A stretch of DNA of 64,000 bases from a virus (IMGVR_UViG_3300031994_000050:27324-91323), one strand, 5' to 3'; positions 49,410 through 58,790 are shown, counted from the first letter of the stretch. Numbers and translations are program-made. The notes: generated by a model not told the origin, from the letters alone.

Positions 49410-52400
49410 TTACCTCGCAATAAATGTAAATCCAATATAAAAAGTTGTATTTGCAGTCACAGAAAGAGAATTTCTACAATGAAGACCAGTGCTACTGTAC
49501 CAAAAAGACACACCGCCAGCCTCAACATTAACCCATCCATTAGGATTAGCGGGTAATCCACCAAATAACACAGCACCACCGCTATAAGTTTTTGACGCAC
49601 TAAATTTCATAACACATGCAACTTGAACAATGTCGCCACGTCTAACATAAGTAAGTTGAGTTAATAATACATTAGAATCTCTTGTAGCATAATTAGGTGT
49701 TCCTGCCGAATTATCATATGAATAGCTAATATCAAGCGAATTATCTCTATCAACCCCTATTAAATGATACCTTGTACCATCGTAAATAAAAGTGGCTAAA
49801 TCTCCCGCCTTAATAGCATATGCCTTTATATTTGCGCCCCTATGCCATATATTTTTAGCTCCTTTTGAATTAATATTCATTGTTGCGTTAGCAGGAACAG
49901 CATTGGTGAATTTAACAGAAACATAGCCGTTAGTAACTAAATTATACCCACTAAGAGTTACTACCTTAGCGGCTGTGGCTTCTGCGGTAGAACATGTGCC
50001 ATAGCCAAAGCCTAAACTTTGAGGAGTATAAGTAGTATTATCATCCGAGCCATGTGATTGCCAAACCCAAGAACCGCCATCGAATACATATGTAACATAT
50101 CTATTAGCAACACCGAACGCAGTTCTATTAGTGCCTGTAGGATTACCATTGTTGAAATAAATATTATAAGCACCAGTTCTGTTAACATTAAGGGTAACTT
50201 TATTTTCACTAGTAGCACTATACGAATTGGAGTTTTTGAATTTAACACAAACAGTAACTCCTTTTCTTAATTTAAAATATCCATCAACTGTAGCAACCTT
50301 ATCTTTAACGTCAGCCGCCGTCTCACAAGCTCCTATAAAAAGATTACCCTTATAAAAACTATCATTAGGTCTATATGTGTCGTTTGAAAAAGCAGGTCTA
50401 AGCATGGGCTTGAAAACCTTATTATTAACAGTTGTGCCTTTTAGAATTCTAATAAAATAATTTTGGGTAGTATAAGAACCCGCATAATCATCAAGCTTAA
50501 TCCTAATACCTTCACCATAATCATGAAAGGCTTTTTCACCATCCTCATAGGAAAATTTCAACTGCAAATTAAGCATGTAGGTAGAAGAAGAACCACCGCT
50601 AGGACAACCAGATAAAATATATTCTCCCGCAGGAAGGTCATATGGATTAATCGTAGCTCCTGCAAGAGCGCAACTTGAATCAGCAGTAGCAGTTCCATTT
50701 GCAGTAATTTCGCCAGTAGTAGGATTAAAAGTATAAGTAATACCATTATTAGGGTTAGAGTGGGCAATATAACTCCATGAAGGCAAAAGATTCTTGCCAG
50801 TAGCAGTCATAAGCGCAGATAAATCCCTATCAAGAGTCAACTGCCTCCATTCAGTCCATTTATTATTATTGTTGTAATTATCATAAGACCTATAAAAAAT
50901 ATTATAACTTTGAGATACATTAAAGCTATCAGACGAATGGTTAAGCGCGTAAGTAATATAAAATTGCGTCGCATAGAACGAACCCGCAATCCTCATCACA
51001 GTTAATTTTCCTGCGAGTTTTGTGGGAATATTTAAAATAGTATTAGCCCTATTATTTGACGCAACATTATAAATGCCCTCTGTCTTATAATTATTCAAAT
51101 CAGCGTTGTCTGGAATTTCTTGCCCATAATGAGTGATAAGCTCAGAATCATTCGCAACTCTTACCCATGGATTCCAAATGCCTGCGTTGTTTTGCCTTCG
51201 CCTATAAATAGAATCAGCATTATTCGTTACATAGATTTGCATATTCCAAGAAGAAGTTTCAGTCAATGCCATAACAATCAACTTGCCACTTTTTTTCTCT
51301 GGAATATTAGTCATAGAATCAGCATCAGCTTGATTGAGTACGTAATAAATTCCTATGCTTCCATAATTATTAAAATTAGAATTGGCAGGAATCCTAACAC
51401 CAGTATATATTAAAGCCTGTTCTGATTCGATAAGTCTCCTGTCGCCTCGCCAGTTGCCGTTTTTATAATAATTATACATTAAAGCACCATTAGCTATGTT
51501 ATGCTTTAATACAAATCCATTTTTGTCAAAATGAACGGTATCAACAACATAGCCAGAAGTATCAGCCACATAATTTTGACCCGAAACACTGCTAGAAATA
51601 TCAAACGAAACAACATGATAAACGTCGTTAACAGAGTCATACATAAGCGTTATATAATGCACGCCCGTCATAATGCGTATACTATCACCACTCCTTACAG
51701 GGTTATTACGGTAATACCAAATAGTTTTTGCACCAGTGTTATTAATATTAAGAGTTGCATTTACAGGAAGTGCACTTTCAACCCTAATCATAACCATAAC
51801 GCCATTGACAAGAGAAAAGTTATCTATACTCGCAGTAACAGCCGAACCGCTAATAGTAGCGGTAGTATACCCACCATTAGGCACAGTATCATTTGACGCT
51901 AATTCGCACCATGGTTGAGCTGTTCCATCGTCATCAATACATCTAACACAAATATGAACCTTATGTCCAGTGCCTTGCCAATTAGTTATATACATTTGAA
52001 CGACGCGATTGCTAGAATCTGTATCAAGAACCCAGAGTTTTCCAGACCACGCTTTGCTCATAGGCATATTTGCAATAGTAGCCGCCTTGCCGTTATCAGA
52101 AACATAATAACTGCCCGCAGTAATATAATCATTAAGGTCAGCGTTATCGGGAATAGGAGTTCCTTTGAAATCAAGAGTATGAATTGCCTCGCGAAAAGCA
52201 TCCATATCACCAATTTCATACGTAAGTTTCCCTTGCTTATCCATATAGAACTTGATTCCCTTTTGTCCAAGACGGTTGCCTTGCTCATCGTAATTTCTAA
52301 CATAAGCGAACCATCCAATTCTTCCATCAGGCTCGACAATGGATTCTGTACGCATAAAAATTCTTTCATCTTTATCAAGATGACATTCCATGGTAGGATA

Positions 52401-52781
52401 AATTACACTTGAAACATTATTGTTTGCCTTTGAAGCAATAATGTTGTGATGTTTAATTTCAAGTGCATCAGAAACATTCCTAATTGTATAACCTTTATCA
52501 TCTGGCTGTCTAGCCACAAAATAATCTCTTATTTTTGAAACAAAAGAAGAGAAAAGGCTTTTTCTCTTCTTCTTTTCAGACACATCATAAAAAGGGATAT
52601 AATCTTCATCAGAAATATCCGCTACTTCATCTTTTACAGCGTAATAATCCGCCCTACCTTCTATTCCTACGCCAGATTTCTTATGCGCTGTATCGCCTTT
52701 CGTGAGCTTTTCTTCGTCAACAGAATCCTGTCTTAGATTTATCAAATCATCACCATTAAATCTAACTTGATTAACAGCCAT
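49410..52781 (-). CDS. Tail fibre / receptor-binding protein
   Basis: Three pyocin-knob-like repeats (IP.NADLNxY...G.Y.V), repeated V.VKF.N....TLNIN.TGAK.I modules, a GKNLL carbohydrate-binding-like module. Confidence 0.85.
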   Translation of the reverse strand: MAVNQVRFNGDDLINLRQDSVDEEKLTKGDTAHKKSGVGIEGRADYYAVKDEVADISDEDYIPFYDVSEKKKRKSLFSSFVSKIRDYFVARQPDDKGYTIRNVSDALEIKHHNIIASKANNNVSSVIYPTMECHLDKDERIFMRTESIVEPDGRIGWFAYVRNYDEQGNRLGQKGIKFYMDKQGKLTYEIGDMDAFREAIHTLDFKGTPIPDNADLNDYITAGSYYVSDNGKAATIANMPMSKAWSGKLWVLDTDSSNRVVQMYITNWQGTGHKVHICVRCIDDDGTAQPWCELASNDTVPNGGYTTATISGSAVTASIDNFSLVNGVMVMIRVESALPVNATLNINNTGAKTIWYYRNNPVRSGDSIRIMTGVHYITLMYDSVNDVYHVVSFDISSSVSGQNYVADTSGYVVDTVHFDKNGFVLKHNIANGALMYNYYKNGNWRGDRRLIESEQALIYTGVRIPANSNFNNYGSIGIYYVLNQADADSMTNIPEKKSGKLIVMALTETSSWNMQIYVTNNADSIYRRRQNNAGIWNPWVRVANDSELITHYGQEIPDNADLNNYKTEGIYNVASNNRANTILNIPTKLAGKLTVMRIAGSFYATQFYITYALNHSSDSFNVSQSYNIFYRSYDNYNNNNKWTEWRQLTLDRDLSALMTATGKNLLPSWSYIAHSNPNNGITYTFNPTTGEITANGTATADSSCALAGATINPYDLPAGEYILSGCPSGGSSSTYMLNLQLKFSYEDGEKAFHDYGEGIRIKLDDYAGSYTTQNYFIRILKGTTVNNKVFKPMLRPAFSNDTYRPNDSFYKGNLFIGACETAADVKDKVATVDGYFKLRKGVTVCVKFKNSNSYSATSENKVTLNVNRTGAYNIYFNNGNPTGTNRTAFGVANRYVTYVFDGGSWVWQSHGSDDNTTYTPQSLGFGYGTCSTAEATAAKVVTLSGYNLVTNGYVSVKFTNAVPANATMNINSKGAKNIWHRGANIKAYAIKAGDLATFIYDGTRYHLIGVDRDNSLDISYSYDNSAGTPNYATRDSNVLLTQLTYVRRGDIVQVACVMKFSASKTYSGGAVLFGGLPANPNGWVNVEAGGVSFWYSSTGLHCRNSLSVTANTTFYIGFTFIAR

Positions 52782-53004
52782 TCAAGCCATCCTTTCTAAG
52801 ATATTCTATCAGCATAACAGAATACTTACTTATGATATTACTAACTTGCCTATTAGACATGTTGATTTCTTCACTAATTTTCTCGTGTGAAAGCCCATCA
52901 ATAAAGCATTTTCTTAAAATGAGTCTATCTCTTTGTGAATGGATATTTTCTTCAATTACCTCACTCATCTCGCTATTGGTATAGTTAATATTTTTTAGTC
53001 TCAT
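52771..53004 (-). CDS. Sigma70-region-4-like HTH regulator
   Basis: RDRLILRKCFIDGLSHEKISEEINMSNRQV. Confidence 0.75.
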   Translation of the reverse strand: MRLKNINYTNSEMSEVIEENIHSQRDRLILRKCFIDGLSHEKISEEINMSNRQVSNIISKYSVMLIEYLRKDGLNGC

Positions 53005-53126
53005 TAGTCCTCACTTAATCCCTTTGAAAAGCAAGGGTTATTTCACGACAAAATAATAGCCAACCTCCGCGAAAAGGTTGGCTCTCTTTGGCTCTACATT
53101 CATAAAGCTTTTGATTGTAGATGCAA

Positions 53127-53381
53127 TTATGCCTCGTCAGAATCGTTATTATGACTCTTTTTTACAAGTTTAAATACATCTTGCATCTTATTTTTCTTTA
53201 AAAAACAACACAAGCCAATCTCTTCTGCAAAAAAACCATAAAAACATATCGTTAAAACCGTCGATTCAGCACCCGTTACGGCAAGGATTATTGTATGAGC
53301 AATCGTATATATGATAACAGAAATAACGCTTAAAAGCAACCATTTGTCAAGATTGTCCATCTTCTTCTTATCCTGCTTCAT
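53127..53381 (-). CDS. Two-TM membrane protein (holin-like)
   Basis: Start moved to ATG 53381 (SD AGGAG); two hydrophobic segments; lysis region. Confidence 0.6.
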   Translation of the reverse strand: MKQDKKKMDNLDKWLLLSVISVIIYTIAHTIILAVTGAESTVLTICFYGFFAEEIGLCCFLKKNKMQDVFKLVKKSHNNDSDEA

Positions 53382-53745
53382 AAGAGTTCTCCTGCTGTTT
53401 TGTTGGCAAAGCCAAGGCTTTTTCCTTATACGATTTAGCAACATCATTGCCTCCGAGCTTAGAATATATAGAATATGTTTTATCAAGCGTCAAGCGTTCA
53501 TCGCTATCACAATAGCCTTTTTCTATATACTTTTCGCATGAATTGATAATATTCATCCTCAGTAATGCTTGCACCCCGTCTGCTATTAGAGCGACTTGTT
53601 CACGTTGTTTTTTCTCTGGTTCTCTGATTTTCTTTAAGCTGTTTAGAACTATCGTGGTAGCCCCAGAAACCGTTATTACTACCCCGCACACCCACGCTAA
53701 GATTGTTATGTAATCTTTTATTGATAATACACTTGCAGTACTCAT
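53368..53745 (-). CDS. Lysis-region membrane protein
   Basis: N-terminal TM; GVQALLR...Y..LGGN motif common in Firmicutes phage lysis modules. Confidence 0.65.
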   Translation of the reverse strand: MSTASVLSIKDYITILAWVCGVVITVSGATTIVLNSLKKIREPEKKQREQVALIADGVQALLRMNIINSCEKYIEKGYCDSDERLTLDKTYSIYSKLGGNDVAKSYKEKALALPTKQQENSYEAG

Positions 53746-53764
53746 CTCAAACCCCTTCCCAAAG

Positions 53765-54079
53765 TCAGTCTTTTACAAATTCAGTCATTACATACCCTAC
53801 AATCTTGCACCATCCATTCTTTTCCTCTTCGACAATAACAGGAGTTCCTGTCTTAAGTCTAAAAAGAACTTCTCCGTTCGGGTTAGTTCTTACATTAATT
53901 AAATTAGCAGAAGATGAGATTATTTTCTTTCCCTTTTTCTCGGAAATCTTTTTCTCCACCTTCTTTTCATCCTCAATAGGAGCTTTAATATCTTCTACAG
54001 GAGGATTGAAAGCATCATCTTTCATTGGTTTTACAACTTCGTTTACATTCTCTGAATTTTTCTTTCTCGGCATGTCCAT
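53765..54079 (-). CDS. SH3b-like domain protein
   Basis: LINVRTNP...GWCKI.GYVM. Confidence 0.65.
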   Translation of the reverse strand: MDMPRKKNSENVNEVVKPMKDDAFNPPVEDIKAPIEDEKKVEKKISEKKGKKIISSSANLINVRTNPNGEVLFRLKTGTPVIVEEEKNGWCKIVGYVMTEFVKD

Positions 54080-54105
54080 TCTCCTTTGTCTAATTATTAA
54101 AGGCT

Positions 54106-54858
54106 TTAAGCCTTCAATTCATTCAACTTATTAATTGTTTCTTTGCCAACAATTCCGTCTTGAGTTAAACCGTTATCTTTTTGGAATAAAATAACGGCTA
54201 GTTTTGTTTTGACTCCAAATTGCTTGTCAACATCTAAATTAGCCCCATGACGATTTAGCTCGTATTGAAGCCACGCGACACTCTCTCCAATACTACCTTC
54301 TTTAAGGAGTGAACTTGTCAACTTGTACGGATTGTCACCAATATCTACTACTACAACAACATGATGACCTGCTTTTAATAGAATATCTCCGCGTTTTAAA
54401 CGCGCTGTATTTGCAGTATAAAGAGGTGTTGTAAATATTTGAACGTCACCAGTCGCTTTTAGCACTGCTTGTAATGTACTAGTTGTAGCACAGTTACCAG
54501 AAAGAGTCAATGCGCTCTCTGGAACACCCGCATACATACACGCAACACTAACTAAAGCAGAGCAATCAGTTTCACAAGGGGTATTAACTTTTGACACATC
54601 GTAATTATACTTTCTCGCTTGGGCAAGAAGCGTATTTCTTTGAAGTTGGTCGTAGCCAATATTATTATTTTTACAAGCGTTCTCCATGCACTGAGCTACT
54701 TTCTCCGCCATGCGAGGCTCATTAAATCTTATAACGCATGTCCATCCGTTTCTATACCATGGACGAGTACAGACCTCCTTTTTTGTTTGGTCTCCTGCTG
54801 TTCCATTTTTTACCGTTCCATTCTCGCTTATACTTGCATGTGCTATTGTCACACTCAT
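54106..54858 (-). CDS. Endolysin (NlpC/P60-CHAP-like + PG_binding_1)
   Basis: IGYDQ, TDCSALV, GDILLKAGHH; C-terminal V.WLQYELN...FQ..NGL..DGIVG. Confidence 0.88.
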   Translation of the reverse strand: MSVTIAHASISENGTVKNGTAGDQTKKEVCTRPWYRNGWTCVIRFNEPRMAEKVAQCMENACKNNNIGYDQLQRNTLLAQARKYNYDVSKVNTPCETDCSALVSVACMYAGVPESALTLSGNCATTSTLQAVLKATGDVQIFTTPLYTANTARLKRGDILLKAGHHVVVVVDIGDNPYKLTSSLLKEGSIGESVAWLQYELNRHGANLDVDKQFGVKTKLAVILFQKDNGLTQDGIVGKETINKLNELKA

Positions 54859-55175
54859 TAGTCATCCACCTCTTCGTAATCATATTTGCTGTTGCAATAA
54901 TTGTTTTCTAAAGAAGCTAATAATCTTTGTCGTTCTTCGTCAAAATATTCTTTCAACACTTCTTTAAATTTTTCCAATCCGTCTGGGTTGTCGCTTAAAT
55001 ACTTACCAACGTCAACACTTTTGCCGTCAATAGTAAAATCATAAGCGTCCAGAGTGTCAAAAAAATTATTAATCGAATCTTCAACCGCATAATCAAAACC
55101 CTTCACATATTCTTTTGTGATACCCGTATCACAAAGCTTCCTTCTCATTCTCGACATAGGCTTTAGCCTTTTCAT
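54858..55175 (-). CDS. Hypothetical protein
   Basis: ORF between holin and endolysin. Confidence 0.55.
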   Translation of the reverse strand: MKRLKPMSRMRRKLCDTGITKEYVKGFDYAVEDSINNFFDTLDAYDFTIDGKSVDVGKYLSDNPDGLEKFKEVLKEYFDEERQRLLASLENNYCNSKYDYEEVDD

Positions 55176-55455
55176 TCTTTGAGAGAATATCTTTCATGTC
55201 TTCAAGTACGGCATCCACCCATGCGCTAAAGACAGGAAAAGGAATAATCTTTGAAAAAATCGGGTACTTTTCAATAAAGTTACCATAAACCACCGAGAGC
55301 TTTATTTTCCCTGTGCCACTGCCTAAATCTTTTTCAGCCATGACAACAGCCTGTAGCAGAAATTCGACAACCGAACGTTTACCGTTCAGCAAGAAATATA
55401 CTACCACGGCTACTACAGTGATAATTAAGCTCCAATTATTAATTATCCATTCCAT
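55129..55455 (-). CDS. Holin (LL-H-like)
   Basis: One N-terminal TM; AV..AEK.LGSGTG..KL motif. Confidence 0.75.
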   Translation of the reverse strand: MEWIINNWSLIITVVAVVVYFLLNGKRSVVEFLLQAVVMAEKDLGSGTGKIKLSVVYGNFIEKYPIFSKIIPFPVFSAWVDAVLEDMKDILSKNEKAKAYVENEKEAL

Positions 55456-55476
55456 ACTACCACCATCCTTCTAATC

Positions 55477-55546
55477 AAAAAAAAGAGAGTCAAGGATTAA
55501 ATCCTCGGCTCTCTTTGGCTCTACCTAAATGGTAGCATGGTTTACC
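55477..55546 (-). promoter_or_regulatory. Putative late promoter plus AGAGCC attenuator upstream of holin
   Basis: GGTAAAC-N5-TACCAT, then AGAGCC-AAAG-AGAGCC-hairpin-T run. Confidence 0.65.
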
Positions 55547-55562
55547 TCATTAAACAAACAAT

Positions 55563-56000
55563 TTAATTGTTCATTGACTCGATTGCAACTCTGATAGCCT
55601 CTTTTTCGGTTTCATTAGTTGCTTTATCCATTAGCCTTTGAAGTTCCTCTTTTGTGTTTGAACTGCCCGCATAATACCCGTTATCTCTCGAATATCCATC
55701 GGCATATCTTCCTTGATTATCTCGCTGTGCATTAGCACCACGTCCTCTCGCAAAAGAATAACCGCCCATCGGGTACATACCAGAATATCCATCTTGTCCA
55801 TTCATAGAATTTCCAATATAAGATGCTCCTGCGTATGAGCTTCCTTTAAAATCTTCCATAGCCTCGATTGTGTCAATGTCTTTAATAACATCAACTGCTT
55901 TGTAAACAACCTCAAGGCTATTCATATCAAGAGCGTTTTTGCGGCTTATATGCTCAAGTTCATCACACATAAGTTCTTTTATCTGATTATAAACTCTCAT
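55563..56000 (-). CDS. Cassette gene 6: helical protein with Gly/Tyr/Arg-rich linker
   Basis: ELMCDEL...DVIKDI..IEAM; RGRGANAQRDNQGRY. Confidence 0.8.
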   Translation of the reverse strand: MRVYNQIKELMCDELEHISRKNALDMNSLEVVYKAVDVIKDIDTIEAMEDFKGSSYAGASYIGNSMNGQDGYSGMYPMGGYSFARGRGANAQRDNQGRYADGYSRDNGYYAGSSNTKEELQRLMDKATNETEKEAIRVAIESMNN

Positions 56001-56013
56001 ATTACGCTCCTTT

Positions 56014-56463
56014 CTAAGCTATCCTCGATACAGTCAAGTTTGCATTTGCTACTTCAACTGTTGGAGTAGGCGTTGTAGTACCATCTGTTACACCGCTTAC
56101 GTATCTTACAGACACGTTATAACAGCACCCTTTAGGAACTGTTATAATAGCTGTGCTAGTCAAATTCTGAAACTCCTCTACTGCTTGCGGAGTAGCAATA
56201 GCTAAGCTACTCGGACGAGTTTCACCATTAACTGAGATAGCAATACCAACAGGGGTTACTTCACCGCCTGTCGGTATCTGTACATTGCCATTCCAAATAA
56301 GTTGATAACGAGCAAAACAATTAGGGGTTGCACCTCGGAGAGTAAAGTTCCCTGTTCCGTTGTCATGTATTACATAACCTCTCGGACAAGGGATGGAAGC
56401 ATTAAACACAATCGGATTGTTTAAAGCTACAGTCTGATTGCCTATTTCTATATACTCAGCCAT
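56014..56463 (-). CDS. Cassette gene 5: beta-sandwich (BclA-C/C1q-like) protein
   Basis: All-beta pattern QTV..N..IVF...G.FTLRG...Y....NGNV...NANLTV. Confidence 0.65.
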   Translation of the reverse strand: MAEYIEIGNQTVALNNPIVFNASIPCPRGYVIHDNGTGNFTLRGATPNCFARYQLIWNGNVQIPTGGEVTPVGIAISVNGETRPSSLAIATPQAVEEFQNLTSTAIITVPKGCCYNVSVRYVSGVTDGTTTPTPTVEVANANLTVSRIA

Positions 56464-56478
56464 AGTGTCATCCTCCTA

Positions 56479-57384
56479 TTAAAATTGACCGCATCCACAA
56501 CTTGCTGTTTGAGGACAACTAAAAATCGGAGTATTGCCGTAAACGGGTGTTGTTCCAACAGGGCAATTTTTCAGCCTATTGTACAACTGGTCTACCTCGT
56601 TAGCAAAGCCCTGTGAAATAAATGCGTTCTGCGCTGTCTGTGACTCCCTAAGCGTAGCCATGTTAAGCTGTGTTTGAAGCTCTGAAATTCTGTCATTCTT
56701 TGCTTCAACCTGTGCCTTGACTCCATCTAGCTCAAGCTGACAGAGTTTGTCAAGAATTGCTTTTGTGCCCATTGCCTGAGAATCTATGATATTTCTTGTG
56801 TTTGTTGCACTAGCATTTCTTGTAGCACATTCCTCAGTTGCGATAGTATAGCGAATATCGCCTAATCCACCCTTAACATCAGAATTATTCTGTGCTAATT
56901 GTCCTTGAACAGCATTGAAGCCTTGTGCTGTAGCTGTTTGGCTTGCAAAAGCTTGTTGCATACTAGCCATTTGTCTAGCATTATCAGCTATTTCAGCCTG
57001 CGAGAAACCACTATTTACAGCTTGAACGATTCCATTTCCTGTCTGACAAAGATTCTGATTGATTCCTGCAATGCCAAGTTGAACATCACCGAAACCAGAT
57101 GTTACAGAATTTTGCAGTCCGCTAATAGCGGTGTTTAAAGCTTGATTCTGGAAACCATTAGTAGTAATCTGTGCGTTATTCATCCATGGATAAAGAAGAT
57201 TTCCGTCAGCACCACCAAAGCCTCCGAATCCTCCGTTTCCCCATCCTCCGAAACCGCCAAAAGCGAAAAGAAGGATAAGAATAAGCCACCAATCACCATT
57301 GTAGCCAAAGCCTCCTCCCATACCACTATTAGCGGCGTAAGCAGGAGCTACTGGCATGTAAAGCTGTGAGCTATTTTCTACCAT
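56479..57384 (-). CDS. Cassette gene 4: Gly-rich TM + long coiled-coil protein
   Basis: GGGFG..WWLILILLFAFGGFGGWG, Q/N/A-rich heptads, C-terminal CGCG. Confidence 0.85.
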   Translation of the reverse strand: MVENSSQLYMPVAPAYAANSGMGGGFGYNGDWWLILILLFAFGGFGGWGNGGFGGFGGADGNLLYPWMNNAQITTNGFQNQALNTAISGLQNSVTSGFGDVQLGIAGINQNLCQTGNGIVQAVNSGFSQAEIADNARQMASMQQAFASQTATAQGFNAVQGQLAQNNSDVKGGLGDIRYTIATEECATRNASATNTRNIIDSQAMGTKAILDKLCQLELDGVKAQVEAKNDRISELQTQLNMATLRESQTAQNAFISQGFANEVDQLYNRLKNCPVGTTPVYGNTPIFSCPQTASCGCGQF

Positions 57385-57437
57385 TCAATAGCGTCTCCTT
57401 TCGTTTGATTTATTTCCATATGCGCATAATAGAAACC

Positions 57438-57550
57438 TTGCTTAAACCTCACAAAAGGAATATAATATAACCATCCGTATAGTTACTTTACATATTAGTT
57501 TTGCGAGGGAAGCAATTAACTTACCACCCATTAAAGTTAATTGCTTTTTT
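57438..57550 (+). ncRNA. Putative ~80-nt antisense sRNA with its own promoter and terminator
   Basis: TTGCTT-17-TATAAT (57438-57466), then hairpin AAGCAATTAACTT/AAGTTAATTGCTT plus T run (57510-57550). Confidence 0.5.
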
Positions 57551-57812
57551 CATTCATCATGTTTTGCACTTGATTAACTTGACCTTCAAATTGTCGAATA
57601 TTATTAGGCATCATACCGTTTTGTATGAGATATTGCCCTATTTGTTCATAATTGCACCCCATTTTCTGTATTTCTTCCGCTTGAACATCATTTATCATCC
57701 CACGTTGGCGCAGAATATTAGACAGCATGTTTGGGTTTTGTCTTATTTGCTGTAATTGATTAAAAAAACTCATCATAGGGTTATTCATCATATTAAAAAA
57801 ACTATTCATCAT
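57537..57812 (-). CDS. Cassette gene 3: Met/Asn/Gln-rich small protein
   Basis: MMNNPMM..FNQLQQIRQNP low-complexity helices. Confidence 0.8.
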   Translation of the reverse strand: MMNSFFNMMNNPMMSFFNQLQQIRQNPNMLSNILRQRGMINDVQAEEIQKMGCNYEQIGQYLIQNGMMPNNIRQFEGQVNQVQNMMNEKSN

Positions 57813-58262
57813 TTAGTCCTCTTCATTTGTCTTTTTCTTAGTAGGCTTAAACGAAATCTCAGAAATCTTCTTTTCAACTTCTTCCTTTATTTTATCTGAA
57901 ACAATCTGCTCAACTAAATCTTCTATTTTATCTGATATAAGACTTTCAAATTCCTCTCGCTTCATATAATCTTTAAGCTGTTCAGAATCTTTCGGTTCAG
58001 TCTCATCAACAAGCCTTTTCTTAATAAAAGTTACTTTACCTAGTTGGTCTACAGACTTCATGTAAAGATAATCAGCTCTTTGATTCATCAAAAAGATGCT
58101 TTGTCCTGCGTTAAGAGGGTAATTCGCACCTTCTTCCTCGCTTTGAACCCAAGCAAGTATTTGATTTTGAGCTTGTGAAGGCTGTGGCATTACTGGTTGT
58201 TGAAGTTGTTGTTGAAAATTTGGATAGCTTTGATAATAGCTAGGATAGGGATAGTTGTTCAT
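57813..58262 (-). CDS. Cassette gene 2: Tyr/Pro/Gln-rich N-terminus + conserved domain
   Basis: Start moved to 58262 (ATGA overlap); WVQSEEEGANYPL...FLM...YMKSVD..G. Confidence 0.8.
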   Translation of the reverse strand: MNNYPYPSYYQSYPNFQQQLQQPVMPQPSQAQNQILAWVQSEEEGANYPLNAGQSIFLMNQRADYLYMKSVDQLGKVTFIKKRLVDETEPKDSEQLKDYMKREEFESLISDKIEDLVEQIVSDKIKEEVEKKISEISFKPTKKKTNEED

Positions 58263-58648
58263 TCTTTTTCCTCTCTTTTCCAATAAAATATCGGGGTCTC
58301 GTCACTACTATTCCAAGAATCATAGATATTTGAATCTTTGATACAGGCAACGTGTGTACCCGTTCCAACAATGAATGTTCCTTTAGGATGGTCTTTTGCA
58401 AAATCCCTAAAGGTATAACAATCTGGACACAGATTAGAGATTGCGTATCGTCTAAAGCCTTTTGAATGTAAATACGAATTAAGGACAATATTCGATGAAG
58501 GCATATCCTTCAAGAAAAATCCTTGCGAAGCTAGTTCGATATACGCACTATCCCATGACGTATTTAATGCTTTCGCTAAACACCTTATAGTGCAATCTCC
58601 TATTCCGCGTCTCTGGTATGGATTCGGGTTATAATACACGTATGCCAT
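58259..58648 (-). CDS. Cassette gene 1: papain-fold (C39-like) cysteine peptidase-like protein
   Basis: Start moved to 58648 (SD AAAGGA); YNPNP...GDCTIRC, GTHVAC, IYDSW give a Cys-His-Asp order. Confidence 0.65.
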   Translation of the reverse strand: MAYVYYNPNPYQRRGIGDCTIRCLAKALNTSWDSAYIELASQGFFLKDMPSSNIVLNSYLHSKGFRRYAISNLCPDCYTFRDFAKDHPKGTFIVGTGTHVACIKDSNIYDSWNSSDETPIFYWKREEKE

Positions 58649-58735
58649 CTTGCTTCCTTTCGTGAGGGGATGACAATTTATTTTATAGGGGGCTGTCATC
58701 CCTCTGAACTGTATTATATAATACTTGTTCAAATA

Positions 58736-58790
58736 GGAACATGAAAAAAACATGCAATTTTTATGAAATTTTCATGCAATTTTTAGGAAG
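58736..58790 (-). repeat. Five 11-bp units upstream of the cassette promoter
   Basis: CTTCCTAAAAA TTGCATGAAAA TTTCATAAAAA TTGCATGTTTT TTTCATGTTCC, then TATTATATAAT. Confidence 0.8.

Noticed and set aside
31127-52781. Diversity-generating retroelement acting on the pentapeptide or tail fibre genes
   Set aside because: No reverse transcriptase and no TR/VR pair differing at adenines is visible in the window.
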